A DNA stretch of 43,549 bases, from positions 1-43,549 of the IMG/VR virus record IMGVR_UViG_3300028901_000024; one strand, 5' to 3'. Source of the DNA: a virus. The notes under the pieces were generated by a model. It was given only the letters and a program-made list of their open reading frames with translations, was not told the DNA's origin and did no database searches. Within the stretch, counting starts at the first letter, position 1. Each line of letters starts with the position of its first letter. The position numbers and the translations under genes are program-made. This document shows, piece by piece, positions 43,237 to 43,549 of this stretch.

Positions 43237-43475
43237 CGAGTTGCTTTCACGCAGTCGTAGGACAGTTGGAAATCTGTCACTTTCCCGACGTAACGGGCTT
43301 TCTTCCCGTACTGTTTGCAGTAATTGTCGGCGACACCCAGCGCACCTTTCACGCTATCCGCCCGAGCCCAACTGACGACAACGCCCTCGGCGTTACCCTC
43401 GATCACTTCAGGTGCTCTCTGCTGGGCACACGCCGCAAGCAATATTAATGGTATAATAATCACATTTTTATTCAT
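43233..43475 (-). CDS. Small lipoprotein (80 aa) between int and attP
   Basis: The signal peptide plus lipobox is MNKNVIIIPLILLAAC. AGGAGAAGG lies upstream. The gene starts 11 nt after the int stop. It spans the circular junction, and its 5' end equals window positions 1-67. Confidence 0.75.
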   Translation of the reverse strand: MNKNVIIIPLILLAACAQQRAPEVIEGNAEGVVVSWARADSVKGALGVADNYCKQYGKKARYVGKVTDFQLSYDCVKATR

Positions 43476-43549
43476 TGAGCCTTCTCCTATCTTGTTGGTT
43501 TAATGATCTCCGCCTTGCGCCGGTAGATACGGTTGGTAGTTCTTGAATC
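43409..43549. repeat. Terminal redundancy copy 2 (identical to 1-141)
   Basis: Read directly. It contains the lipoprotein gene 5' end and a duplicate of the integrase 3' end (43487-43549 equals 79-141). Confidence 0.98.

Noticed and set aside
43487-43549. Truncated second integrase copy at the window end
   Set aside because: It is part of the 141-bp assembly overlap (identical to 79-141), not a pseudogene.

Overview
The window is one complete, circularly closed temperate phage genome. Bases 1-141 recur exactly at 43409-43549, so the unit is 43,408 bp and the window start is arbitrary: it cuts a lipoprotein gene just downstream of the integrase. There are no tape-measure, tube or sheath genes. 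Instead there is a T7-type portal, tubular-tail A/B-like proteins and three internal-virion/ejection proteins, which indicates a podovirus-type virion. The head module looks BPP-1/epsilon15-like: Bbp19-like, scaffold, HK97-type capsid and Bbp16-like cement (family names recalled from memory, not searched). The minus-strand arm (9930 down to 79, continuing across the junction) carries a CI-like repressor, small early genes, a DUF2800-type nuclease, a DUF2815 SSB-like protein, a family-A DNA polymerase, VRR-NUC, an SNF2 helicase, a DUF4224/Xis-like protein, a tyrosine integrase and a lipoprotein. The plus-strand arm (10041 to 42995) carries a Cro-like protein, a prim-pol/VirE helicase, an HTH protein, terS, terL, portal, head, tail and ejection proteins, a tail fibre and a lysis cassette with embedded spanins. 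An attP region follows, with a 3' fragment of a tRNA-Pro flanked by four GTGTACTAT arm-type repeats. Most worth a second look are: (1) a fibre-like protein, GT4 glycosyltransferase, unknown and FkbM methyltransferase block translationally coupled into the late head operon, a candidate virion-glycosylation system; (2) a 2504-aa polyvalent ejection protein with an ART-like block and an HExxH zincin motif, preceded by a GNAT acetyltransferase inside the ejection-protein operon; (3) a 16-nt element (AGCAnTTGnTA + TATAAT-like) present six times, each at the start of a transcription unit; (4) two large structured non-coding elements, at 6312-6435 and 12935-13067. All domain calls come from motifs read by eye; no database search was run.
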